NCBI RefSeq assembly: GCF_000143415.4
Contig: NW_003314271.1
Coordinates: 2,919,729 to 2,983,728, forward strand
Length of the DNA: 64,000 nt
Reading direction: 5' to 3'
Source: Selaginella moellendorffii
Lineage: Eukaryota; Plantae; Lycopodiophyta
The translations under genes were made by a program, and so were the position numbers. Positions 25,934 to 38,400 of this stretch are shown here, in pieces (within the stretch, counting starts at the first letter, position 1; each line of letters begins with the position of its first letter). The notes below the pieces were generated by a model. It made no database searches and was not told the origin of the DNA. It saw nothing but the letters and a program-made list of their open reading frames with translations.

Positions 25934-28900
25934 CTGTCTGCGGGTGATAGGCTGTGCTGAATTTCAACTTGGTGCGATACTATTTTAGGAGAGTCCTCCA
26001 GAACCTACTGGTGAAGATCTTATCTCGATCTGAGATGATCTCTTCCGGTCTTCCCCGCACTCGAACCACTTGTTCAAAGAATAGCTTCGCCACACCTTCT
26101 GCATCCACCTCTGTTGTGGTGGGTATAAAATGTGCCATTTTTGAAAATCGGTCCACCACCACAAATATCGCGTCAAACCCCTCGCTTGGGGGGAGTCCCG
26201 TGATGAAGTCCATCGTAAGACATTTCCACGGACGATCTGGAATTGGGATGCTTTGCAACAAGCCCCCACTAGCCTTAGTCACGGCTTTTACCTGCTAACA
26301 TGTTGGACATGTCTTTACATAGTCTTGGACGTCCTTAGCCATATCTGGCCAATGGTACTTCCTCTTGAGTAAGCCCATCGTCTTGGGCACTCCGCCGTGT
26401 CCCGCAAAAGGTCCGTCATGACACTCTTCTAAGGCCACCTTCCTTAGTTCCCCTTCTGGAACATACACCCTCATTTGCTTGTAATAGATGAGTCCGTTGC
26501 GTTCCGCATAGCCCGTTTTCTCTTCCGTTGGCAGCTCACCTCTCTGGTGAGCTTCCCGTGCCTCTAGATTCCTCAGCAACACTTCTTGTGCTAGACCATC
26601 GTTCTCATATGCTGTCTGCACATCATCCCAGAAGGTTGCTGTTGCGCTGGATATTGCCAACCTCAAGCTCGCTTTTCGACTTAGCGCATCCGCCACGATG
26701 TTGCTCTTCCCAGGCTTGTACAGAATCTCGCAATCAAACTCGGCCAAGGCATTGGCCCACCGACCTTGTTTCCCTCTCAGGTCGGGCTGTGACAAGAAGT
26801 GTTTCGTTGCCACATTATCCGTGTAAACCTTGAAGTGTCTCCCAAGGTAGTGTCGCCACTCCTTGAGCGCCTTGACCACTGCAAACAATTCCTTCTCGTG
26901 GGCAGGCCACTTCCGTTGAGCCTTGTCCAACTTCTTCAAGAAGAATGCTACCGGATGGTTGTTTTGCTTCTAAACTGTGCCCAACGCAAAGTCTGAAGCA
27001 TCCGTTTCTACCTCAAACTCCTTACCAAAGTCTGGTAATGCCAATACGGGAGCCTTCCTCAACTTCCCTTTGAGGTGGAGGGATGCTGCCTCGCATTCCG
27101 CTGTCCACACCATCTTCCCTTTTCCTGTTTGGTCCGTTAAGGGCAGGGCTACTCTCGAATAGTGTCTGATAAATTTTTGATAGTAGTTGCATAGCCCCAG
27201 GAATGCCCTCAACTCGTGTACATTCGATGGTCGCTCCCATTCCTGGATCGCTTGGACCTTCTCCGGGTCCACCTTGAGCCTGTCCTAGCCCACCACAAGC
27301 CCGAGAAACTTTACCTCTTGTTGAGCAAAGTCACATTTTCTCTCTTTAGCATACAGTTTGTGTTCCCTTAGTTTCTCAAACACCTTCGCCAAGTGTTCGG
27401 CATGCTCCTCTAGCGTCTCGCTATAGATCAAGATGTCGTCGATATAGACGACCACGAAGTGATCCAGATAGGGTACAAAGATGTGGTTCATCAGCGCCAA
27501 AAACGTTGCCGGCGCATTACATAGCCCGAAGGGCATCACCAGAAACTCAAAGCTCCCATACCTCGTTCGACAGGTTGTCTTCTCAACATCTTCCTCGGCT
27601 ACCCTGATCTGGTAGTATCCTGACCTTAGGTCAATCCTCGAGAAGTATTTTGCCTTTCCCAACCTATCGAACAGGTCCTCAATCCTTGGCAAAGGGTACT
27701 TGTTCTTCTTTGTATACTTGTTGAGCAACCGGTAGTCTATGCACATGCGCATAGATCCATCTTTCTTTTTCACAAATAACACCGGCGCCCCATACGGTGA
27801 CTTGCTCAACCTAACATACCCCTTGTCCACCAACTCCTCTAGTTGGCACTTGAGCTCCTTGAGTTCTTTTTCGTTCAAACGGTAAGGGGGACGAACCACT
27901 GCCTCAGCACCCTCGACCAGCTCAATCTTATGTTCTACTGGTCGTGCTGGGGGCAGCCCCGTCGGTAGCTCCTCTGGCATGGTATCCTGGAATTGGTCCA
28001 ACACCCGCTGGATCACTAAAGGTACTTCTTCCGTTCTTGTCTTTTTGTCACTCTTCACCAAGAGTAAACACAAAAATGCTACCTTAGTTCCTTTAGTGAG
28101 TTGTCCACTCGTGGACACCAGGTTTAAGTAGGAATCTTTGGCTTTGCTTTGCCCTACCTTTAGATTTTGGGCCTCCACCCTAGATCTTCTTCCTTGGGCA
28201 TTCGCCAGTACCACAAGGTTCCTACCTTGTCCATGCAAGGCTACCATGAATCGATTGAACCAATCCATTCCGAAGATCACGTCAAATCCCGCCATGTCCA
28301 ACACGGTGAAATCCATGTCCACCTTCCAAGTCCCCACTTCGACTCTCGCTTGTCGAAGTACCTCATCGGTGCTTTTGCTACCTTGAACAAACTCTATAGT
28401 CCTTGGTTCACCTACCCGCTGCACCGTTAGTCCGGCTTGCCGGACTATGTCTGCAGCCACAAAATTATCCGAAGCACCCGTGTCAATAAGGATCTTAACA
28501 AAGCTACCTTCGAGCTTCCCTCGGAGAGCTAGTAGATGTCGCGAACGACTCTCTACCAAAGTTGCTCGTGTAATGAGTAACTTTGAGCTAGGGACTAGAT
28601 CACATACCTTAGTTTAGATTTCACCCAATTTAATGGCCATATTGGCTCTGGCTTTCTTCGGGTAGGGACATTCCCTCGAAAAGTGTCCCGCTTCGCCACA
28701 GTTGTAACATACGTTGTTTCCCACGCTGCTATACGACTTGACTTTCTTATCCGTGGGTTTGTCTCTTTTCGCTTGACTCCCCCACGTACTCGCTCGCTGG
28801 CCACCAGATTTGCCTTTCCGGAACCCTGAGGACTCATTCTTAAAGAAACTCTTCTTGAATTTCCCTCTGCTAAACGTTCCCCTTGGTTTGGCCCCTTTGC

Positions 28901-31109
28901 TAAACGTGGATCCCGACCCCGTCGTGTTCCCCTTTCGCAGGTTATCGTTGAAATGCACCTTGATAGCCGCATCCAACGCTTCCTTATAGTTGGTCGGGTT
29001 CCACCGCATCACTTCACCGCGAGCCCAGGTTTGCAAACCTGATATGAAGGCATGGAACACATCCATATCCCCCATGTCCGTGACAAGTATCCTCTTTGCC
29101 ATAAACCCATTCACATACTCCTGAATGGTTCTGGTCTGCTTCAGCCTACTCAGCTCGTCCCTTAGATCCAAAGTAGCATTCGGAGAAACGTAAGTTGCAT
29201 GGATCCTCGCCCTCATCATTTCCCAAGTGGCCACCGGTCCTTCGTTTGCCTCTGTCGTTCTCCACCAAGACTTGGCATTATCTACCAAGTATGGTTTTGC
29301 ACATGGGACCTTCTCCAAGCTCGGTAATCGCAACGCTCGGAAGTAGTCCTCCATATCATAAAACCAATCCTCCACCACCTTATAGTCGTTCACTCCCTTG
29401 AAGATTGGTGGGGGCTTTGGTTTGTACTTGGGAACTGCCTGAGGGACTGATTCCACTTCGGTCTGTTCGACCTTGTCTGGTTTTGCCTCAGTCTCTGCCG
29501 AAGGGTCCGCACCTTCTGCGCTGCCAGCATCCGCAGTCTTTCGCTTTTTCTTCCGCTTCTCATCACGCTTTAGCTTGCGTACGAGAGTCTCCCACAGGGC
29601 ATTGGTCTGCGCCAATTGTCCTCTAGAACGTCCAATCGAGCCTTGGATGACCGAACCTCACCACCAGACTCCTATTTGGAAGTTGCCTCACTAGAGTCCT
29701 CCTCATGCAAGGATTCCTCATCCATAGCCTTCTGTTCGACTGGAGGCTCTAGCTCTGGAGGAGGTTCCGTCTCCGCCTGGGTTTGCTTACGTCCTGCCCT
29801 TGCCATCTCCCAGCAATACGCCTCTATCCTTCGCTAGAACTGAGGAAGAGGCTCCGATACCACATTGTAAGCCACAAATTTTTCCTTTCCAATTTGCCAG
29901 CTTACCTCGTCTATCCGACCAACTCTGCCTTGGCTTGTGCTAAGTTCCCTCGCCAAGGTTCCCGCCTATGGTACCAGCTCCTACTTGGTCCTACTTGGTT
30001 TCAGCTACTCACTGCACGAGCAACGGAGTGTTAGCCATCCATCTACGGATTCCCAAATCTCTCCCAATCCCCCTCTCCAGGTTAGACTGGACTTAAGGTT
30101 CGGCTACACTCCCCGCAGGCACAAGCAGCCAAGCACACCAAGCCTCCAGGTTCCTAACACCCCTTGGTACCACAAAACTTGATCATGGGACCCTCTAAAT
30201 CCCAAGTCTTGGGTGCAGCACTTGTTTCGGGATGTCGGGGCGAAACACCGTGGCCTAACGGCCCGGTATGGGTACCTCTACCCCCCCACTTCCATCCCGA
30301 AGGGAAGGCCCAAGCCCCTAGGAAGGGCGAGGACCAATGAGCCACAAGGTACTCAAGTGGGGCACCACTCCACATGAGCCAGGAGCACCGCGCAGTCGGT
30401 TTCCCTTTCGGGAGTGGGAGCTGCTCTTGAGCACTTCCCTGGGTGGCCCCTCCGACACCACTCAAGCCCATGCTCACTCCCACCCAAGGCCCCTCGGCCC
30501 CAGTCTCAACCTCAAGTCAGTTTGGAAGCACCACTGGAGAGTTCCTTCAAGACTGGTTCTTGGACCTCACTATCCCTACTAGTACTTTTGGAACCCCCTG
30601 CAGCCCCCCCCCCCCCCCCCCCCCCCCGGGAGACGCACGCTTTGGGCTTTCACCCTTTGACCCGTATTAGTATTTGGACTTAGTCTCTGGCTCAATCTCG
30701 GACCCGATTTCGGATCCGACTTCGGATTCGGTCTCGGACCCGATCTCGGACCCGACCTCGGATTCGGTCTCGACCCGATTTCGGATCTGATTTCGGATCT
30801 CGGACTCGGTCTCGAACTCGGACTTGAACTCGGTCCCCGAGTCGGTCTCGGACTCGATTCCGGACTCTATCTCGAACTCGGTCCTAGAGTCGGTCTTGGA
30901 CTCGATCTTCGACTTAGTCCCATCCAATGAACTCTTTGTCATTTTGGTCATGCTTTTGGGGTTCCTTTAGCCTACGACACCTCGGCGAGTTGGTTCCTTA
31001 CATTCCTAGGATATTGGGTAGATTCATCCCTAAGAATATTTGCTAAGGCATAGTAGAAAGTGCAAAGCTATCCTCCTAGTCTAGAGGAGAATAACCGAAA
31101 GAAACGTGT

Positions 31110-31301
31110 TACAAGCTTTTGAATTTGGACTTCCCGGAGGTCACCCAGACCAGTACTATTCAAACCCAAGGACGCTTAACCCCAAATATCCCAAGATCCT
31201 TAACCGATTGGAAAAGGGGTGCACTCTTATTCATAGGCCCTTTCCCTCTATATTTGAACCCCATGGACCGTCTTTTGAGTCATTCCCTTTGGTTGCTTAC
31301 A
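31110..31301 (-). mobile_element. Solo LTR of Cassandra TRIM
   Basis: Matches LTR 34323-34516 including the 5S-like segment; imperfect TSD CGTGT/CATGT. Confidence 0.85.
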
Positions 31302-34300
31302 CATGTGAAGCCAGAAGCAAGTAGTAAAGGGATAGAACTAAACCATATTAATCAAAGGGCATAACCAAAGGTGGTTATACAAGTTAGGAGTGGAGAATTA
31401 AGAGGGTCCTTGAGCGTGTTGCTACTAACAACTGTGATATCATGGAGAATCTAAAATATGAAATTATCCATTTTAGACTATATGGCAATTAAAAAGCTTG
31501 CGAAAGGAAAAGCCTTAACAAACTAAAGGACAAAGTTCCTTCAATATTCCCAAAGACAATTCTAGGTAGTTTATTAGGTAGAAAACTAAGTGTAAATGGT
31601 TCATAGAACATGCGAAATCAGAGTGGCACAACAGAAGCGTGGTCTTGGAGCTTGCCATGAGGCAATGCTATTAAAATCGAGGAAGTAGTTCCCGAGTGTT
31701 TAAAGGGATGGCTTTAAATGAAAGTTGATGGTTAAGAACTTTCACACTTATGCATAAACCATGTTACAGTGGTCGGATGACTTACTAAACGAGGTTGGCA
31801 AGTCAGGGGAACAAATACCCTAATTGAAGGTGCTAACTTTAAAAGGGGTGGCCCATGGGGCCAAGCATGGAGGAGTCTATACATGATCACAGATTTGTCA
31901 AGTGAGAGGACTTGGTAGTGTAGATGACCTAGGTTTCTAAGCTGTGATCCGTAACACGCTTTGGGTATAAATTGGCGCACCAGCATGGGGAGTCACGCCA
32001 GGCATCCTGGGTGATGCCATCCGTAGATATATATACGGAGGTTGGGTTTGAGTCCCAATTCTCTAGTGCTTGGGTTCGAGTCCCAAATCACTAGGGCATG
32101 GTGATGGTTTGGAATATAAGGACACTTATATTTCAGTGGTTATAGACTCTCAATGAAGAGATTGGCTTGGGCACATCGCTAAGCAGGGGATGCCTCGGAG
32201 TCGTGATGCATGGTTAGATTGCTTAGAGTGAAAGCTTAGCATATCTAACTTGAACACTTTGGTGCAAATGACACCAAGTACGTGGTGAATGAGATGAGGA
32301 CACCCAGTCTTAGTTGATATGGACCCTTGGCCGGAAGGGCTGACTTGGGTGCACCACTAAGTGTGGGGGATGCCTCCAGGGTCATAGTCAAGAAGTTAAA
32401 GGTCTGGAAGACTTAGTATCTATTGGCAGACTTGTTAAGGTGACAAAGGTTAGATCATGAGGTGATCTTACAACTAAACAAAGACAAAATCTTTGTGAAG
32501 TTAAGGAATAAGGTTCCTAATTCAAAGTGTTGATTTGAACTATTGATGATGGTGAAGTGGAAATAACACCTAAGGGAAATGAGCTATATCAAGGCATTGG
32601 CATAGTGAGTCTGGAGAAAGTAGTCTATATAAGAGACCCATGGAAGGGTCACAAATTTGGGCCGTGGATAAAACCCACAACAAAAAATGCTAAAGAGACA
32701 TACTAGAGGTGAACACCCTCTAGACTTGGCAAAGAAAAATCTTTATTATGGAACCAAAAAAATACCTCAAATGGAGGTAGTGATATTATGTTGTTGAGTG
32801 CAACAATCAAAGGATAAGGGCAAAGACTAGTGGCTAAGGAAAGAGCCATAGGAATTATGGGAAGGAATCCAAATAGCAAGTTAGGCTAGGAACACCAAGG
32901 TGTTGGATGATAACAGATTGTGGAAAAGGCAAAGTGTTTCCAAGGATGAATTCCCAATTGCTCCAATTTGGTAAAAGTGAAAGCTCCAAAGGAGGGAGGG
33001 GTAAGGTAGCCAATTGATAGGGCCATGGAGAGCCCTAGCACAAATTATGATAACTGGAACTTAGTGCTAAAAGTGGCACGAAATAGAAAAGAGGATGATG
33101 GTGCCCTCAAGTAAAGAACTTTCAAGGATAGGGAAGTGGAGTTGCACAATATGTGCAATGCAAGATGTCAAAGACACCTAGAAAATCGACTTTGAGAAGT
33201 TAAAATTAAGAGTTCCAAAAGTGCAAAAGTTATATCGATAAAAATTGAGACTACTTAAGAATGATTGAGATAGAGAAGGTGTCTTTTAGGGGTTTAGTGA
33301 GAACTAAACCAATAAAAAAAGAGAACCACCACAAATGGTCGAACAAATCTTTATGTTGAATAGATTATACTCCTTAGAAGTTGGACAAGGCATGGTGAGC
33401 CTTGGGTGTCAAACCATTGACAAATATTGGCTAGGTGCTAAAGATGGAAAAGGTAATACATGCTAATGTTGCTTTATAAAATGGTTTATCATTCGATGAA
33501 GATATCGAACTTCGTCTATGGGTGGTGAAGTTGTGAGACATAAATCCCTAAGCCCCAAAGTGGAGCCGAAAGAGTGCCACATAGTAGTGGCCGAAGTAAA
33601 AGCCAAACGAGCGTAATACGTTTGGATTAAAAGCTCTGACTTGAAAGGTCGAGAGCGGGAGTGGAACTCCTAATGGAGTGCTTCAGGAACGAGAATGAAG
33701 CAAGTAATAAGAGAGTCTCTAGAAAAGGGACACAAGAGGACTAACACATGACACATGGTGGAGTTCGAGATGGACCCGACATGAAGTCCAAGATGGAGTC
33801 GGAGATGGACTGAGATGGAGTCTAAGATGGACCCAAGATAGAGTCCGAGATGGAGTCTGAGATGGCTCAGATGGAGTCCGAGATGGCCCAAGATGGAGTC
33901 CGAGAAGGACCTGAGATGGAGTCCGATGTCAAGACTAAGACTGAGACCAAGACCGAGACCAAAATTGGGACCAAGACCGAGACCGAGACCGAGGCCAAGG
34001 CTGAGACCGAGCCCAAGCTCAAGTCTGAATCTAAGTCCAAGTCCCAGTCCCAGTCCCAGTCCGAGGGTGAAAGCCCAAAGCGTTCGTCTCCCAGACCCTA
34101 GGGTTTGGTGAGCTCCAAAAGTATAATAGGGGGAGGACTCCAGTGGAGTCAGTTTGGCCAGGAAAGGCTAGTTTGGCCCAGGAAGGCTGTACCCAGGTGT
34201 TGGGTGATGGGATAACCACTGGGAAGTCTAAGGCTAGAGTGAATATGGACCAACAAACGGGGTAGTTTGGTGAAGTGTTCAAGAGCCGGCTCTAGTTCCC

Positions 34301-34322
34301 TCAAGAGATCGAATGGCCAATG

Positions 34323-34911
34323 TGTAAACTCTTGAGTTTAGACTTCCCAGGAGGTCACCTAACCCAGTATTATTCAAACCCAAGGACGCTTAACCCCAAG
34401 TATCCTAAGACCCTTAACCGATTGGAAAAGGGGGTGCACTCTTATTCATGGGCCCTTTCCCTCTATATTTGAACCCCATGGACCATCTCTCAAGTCGTTC
34501 TCTTTGGTTGCTTACAATCCACCACGCTTCCCTACAAGTTCACACCCTCGTGAATGGAAGCTGAGAGCCACAGCTCTCCCGAGAGCCCTGCTCTCTTGAC
34601 ACCCTACCCCTCGAATCGAGCCCAGCGGGAGCAAACTGGACCAGCCATATGTCAATCAATATATCGTGTGATTCCCCTAGTCAACCAATAGAGTCGGACC
34701 CAAGACCCCTCTAATACCAAATGTAAGCTCTTGAGTTTAGACTTCCCGGGAGGTCATCCAGCCCAGTATTATTCACACTTAACCCCAAGTATCCCAAGAC
34801 CCTTAACCCTTAAAGATTGGAAAAGGGGGTGCACTCTTATTCATGGGCTCTTTCCCTCTATATTTGAACCCCATGGACCATCTTTCAAATCGTTCTCTTT
34901 GGTTACTTACA
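34323..34911 (-). mobile_element. Cassandra TRIM (5S rRNA-derived promoter in LTRs)
   Basis: LTRs 34323-34516 and 34722-34911; minus strand GTTAAGCGTCCTTGGG..TAATACTGGGTTAGGTGACCTCCTGGGAAGT resembles 5S rRNA A-box/IE/C-box; PBS-Met; TSD CAATG/CAATA. Confidence 0.9.
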
Positions 34912-35415
34912 CAATACTCACAGTTCAAGTGTGGGTGGCACTACCTACTTGGATACCTGGTGTGGCTCAACGGAACCTCGCTCTAAGCCCATGGCTAAAG
35001 CACCCAAAGGCGGAAGGTGGGGAGAGTACCCATGAGGCTCACGTAGAGCCACAGTGTTCCAAAATGTTGTCCTAATGTCCTAGACTATGAGTGGTCCTTT
35101 GGTGTAGTGACCAATGATACAGTCATGTGGTGAGGAAGTCCCAAAGGACAGTGGGACTTAGTAGTCGGGCCTGTGGACTTTGTCCCAATGGCAGTTTTGG
35201 CGGCCATGGACAGAAAAGGGATTTGGTGGGGACTGTAAAAGAGATATTGGGAAAGGCCATGTTTATGGGCATCTTAAGGATGCTAATGAGTGGACCTAGG
35301 ATGGTCACTCATGGATGGATGGCCTAGTCTTTGAAAGATGAGACTGTGATGCAGGTGGTGTTGGACCAATTATGTGACCAAGGTGAATGGGCATGGCCTT
35401 AGCGTAACGGGCTGG

Positions 35416-38400
35416 TGTAAGCGACTAATTTTTCCATTCTACTTTAGTCACTTAACCACACCTCCGACCACTTGGAGGAGTCTCATTCACAACCTCCATA
35501 AGTCCCATTCCGGACTTGGGGCTTGCTAGCCCCGAGAATGGCATCCATGCCACTCAACCTTTGCACTTGGTCCAAGTGCTCCACGTGTCCGATCCCATGA
35601 CCGACACCCAAAGGTACCACTGACATCTCGGCCCGTTNNNNNNNNNNNNNNNNNNNNNNNNNNNNNNNNNNNNNNNNNNNNNNNNNNNNNNNNNNNNNNN
35701 NNNNNNNNNNNNNNNNNNNNNNNNNNNNNNNNNNNNNNNNNNNNNNNNNNNNNNNNNNNNNNNNNNNNNNNNNNNNNNNNNNNNNNNNNNNNNNNNNNNN
35801 NNNNNNNNNNNNNNNNNNNNNNNNNNNNNNNNNNNNNNNNNNNNNNNNNNNNNNNNNNNNNNNNNNNNNNNNNNNNNNNNNNNNNNNNNACCACTAAGTC
35901 CCATGGTCCTCTAGGACTTCCTCACCACACGACTGTGTCCTTGGTCACTACCCCAGAGGACTGCTCCTCTTCCTTTCCACAGTCTAGGCCTTTGGGACAA
36001 CATTTCGGAACACCGTGGCCTTACGCGAGCCACCTGGGTACTCTCCTTGCCTTTCGACTTTAGGTGCTCTAGCCATGGGCTTAGAGCAAGGTTCCGTTGA
36101 GCCACGCCTGGTATCCAAGTAGGTAGTGCCACCCACACTTGGACTGGGAGCATCGGCCAGTCGATCTCCCGGGAGAACTAGAGCCGGCTCTTGAACACTT
36201 CACCAAGCTACCCCGCTTGTCGGTCCGTATTCACTTTAGTCTTGGACTTCCCAGTGGTCAGTTCATCACCCAACACTGGGTCTGGCCTTCCTGGGCCAAA
36301 CTGGCCTTTCCTGGCCAAACTGGCTCCACTACAGTCCTCCCCCTTACTATACTTTTGGAGCTCACCAAACCCCCCAGGGTCTGGGAGACGAACGCTTTGG
36401 GCTTTCACCCTCTCAGACTCGAACTCGGACTCGGACTCGGACTCGAACTTGGACTCGGACTCAGACTCGGACTCGGACTCGGACTCGGGCTCGGGCTCGG
36501 TCTCAGCCTTGGCCTCGGTCTCGGTCTCGGTCCCGGTCTTGGTCCCGGTCTCGGTCTTGGTCTCGGTCTCGGTCCCGGTCTCGGTCTCGACCTCGGACTC
36601 CATCTCGGACTCCATCTCGGTCCATCTCGGACTCCATCTCGGATCCATCTCGGACTCCGTCTCGGTCCACCTCGGACTCCACCTCGGACTCCATCTCGGG
36701 TCCATCTCGGACTCCATCTCGGGTCCATCTCGGACTCCGTCTCGGTCCATCTCGGACTCCATCTCGGATCCATCTCGGACTCCGTCTCGGTCCACCTCGG
36801 ACTCCACCTCGGACTCCGTCTCGGTCCATCTCGGACTCCATCTCGGATCCATCTCGGACTCCGTCTCGGTCCACCTCGGACTCCACCTCGGACTCCATCT
36901 CGGGTCCATCTCGGACTCCATCTCGGGTCCATCTCGGACTCCGTCTCGGTCCACCTCGGACTCCATCTCGGACTCCATCTCGGACTCCATCTCGGGTCCC
37001 TTTTTGGAGCCTTGCTTATTGCTCACTTTGTGCTCGCTCCTTGAGCACTTTGTTGGGAGTTCCACTCCCGCTCTCGACCTTTCAAGTCGGAGCTTTTAGT
37101 CCAAACGTGTTACGCTCGTTTGGCTTTCACTTCAGCCACTACCACGTGGCACCCTTTCCAGCTCCACTTTGGGGCCTAGGGATTTTGTGTCTCACAACTC
37201 CACCACCCATAGACGAAGTTCGATGTCCTCATCGAACGGTAAACCATTTTATAAAGTAACTCCCGCATGTGTTACCATTCCCATCCTTGGCACCTAGCCA
37301 ATATTTGTCAATGGTTTGACATTGAAGGCTCACCATGCCTTCTCCATATTCGTCAATGGTTTGACACCAAAGGCTCACCATGCCTTGCCCATCCTCTAAG
37401 GAGGATAGTCTCTCCAACTTAGAGACTCACTTGACCACCTAGGGTGGTTTGCTCCTTTTTATTGGTTCAGTTCTCGCCAAACCCGTTAGAGACACCCTCT
37501 CTAACTCAATTCCACTACTCATTCTTGAGTAGTCACAGATTCCATTGATCTACCTTTACACTTTGGAACGTTTACTCTTGACTTTTTGGAATCAATTTCC
37601 TAGGTGTCTCTGACACCTTGCCTTGCACATTTTGTGCAACTCCACTTCCCCTCCTAGGAAGTTCTCTACTCGAGGGCACCCTCATCCTCTTTCCTATTTT
37701 TGTGCCACCATTGGCATTACGTTCCATTTATCATTATTTGTGCTAGGGTTGTCCACGGCCCTATCTTTTGGCTACTTAGTTGCTCCCTCACTTAGAGCCT
37801 TTCCTTTACCCAATTGGAGCACTTGGGAATCCATCCTTGGAAGTCCACTTCTTTCTCCGCAATCTGTTAGCATCAAACACATTAGTGTTCCTTGGCTAAC
37901 TTTGCCACTTGGATTCTTTCCAATGGATTCCACGGCCCTATCTTGGGCACTCGTCTTTTGCTTCTATCCTTGGATTGTTGCACCAAGCAACATAGGATTG
38001 CTACCTCCATTTTTGAGGTTTCCTTTCGATTCCATAGCAAACACTTTGCTTTTGCCAAGTCCAGAGGGTGTTCACCCCTAGTACGTCTCTTTAACATTTT
38101 CTGTCGTGGGCTCTATCCACGGCCCAACTTTTTGAGACCCTCCCTTGGATCTTTTATAGAGACTACTTTCCTTGGACTTACTATGCCATAACATTGACAT
38201 AGCTCATTTCCCTTAGGTGTTCTTCCCACTTGGTCACCTCAACCAAACCACACCTTTATCAATAGTTCAAATCAACACTTTGAACTAGGAATCATATTCC
38301 ATAACCCAAACAAAGACTTTGTCCTTGTTTAGCCCCAAGATCACCTAGTGATCTTATCTTGACCCCTTAATAGGTCTATCAATAGGGACTAGGTCTTCCA

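Larger units (their letters stand above)
25036..29806 (-). pseudogene. gag-pol: Family C single-frame gag-pol with chromodomain; several nonsense mutations; two putative introns in integrase
   Basis: CYNCGEAGHFSREC, LIDTGAS, YIDDILI, ETDASDFA, SDRDKIF, chromodomain EEEYEVEAIL..VKWKGF..TWEPEENL; ORFs from 29615 to 25980 share one frame. Confidence 0.92.
23503..31002 (-). mobile_element. Chromovirus family C (Galadriel-like Ty3/gypsy), full length
   Basis: ~1.13-kb LTRs 23503-24633 and 29866-31002; TSD TTCCT (23498-23502/31003-31007); PBS-Met rc 29851-29862; PPT AGGTGGTGGAGT; clade name is inference. Confidence 0.95.

Noticed and set aside
34340-34400. 5S rRNA gene
   Set aside because: Only a ~50-nt promoter segment embedded in Cassandra LTRs
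35526-35904. ORFs across poly-X
   Set aside because: Assembly gap
36139-37099. Long ORFs on both strands (SD/LG/RP/ES-rich; also 17993-18667, 24304-24582, 33850-34111, 42029-42865)
   Set aside because: Artefacts of stop-free 6/12-bp tandem arrays inside LTRs
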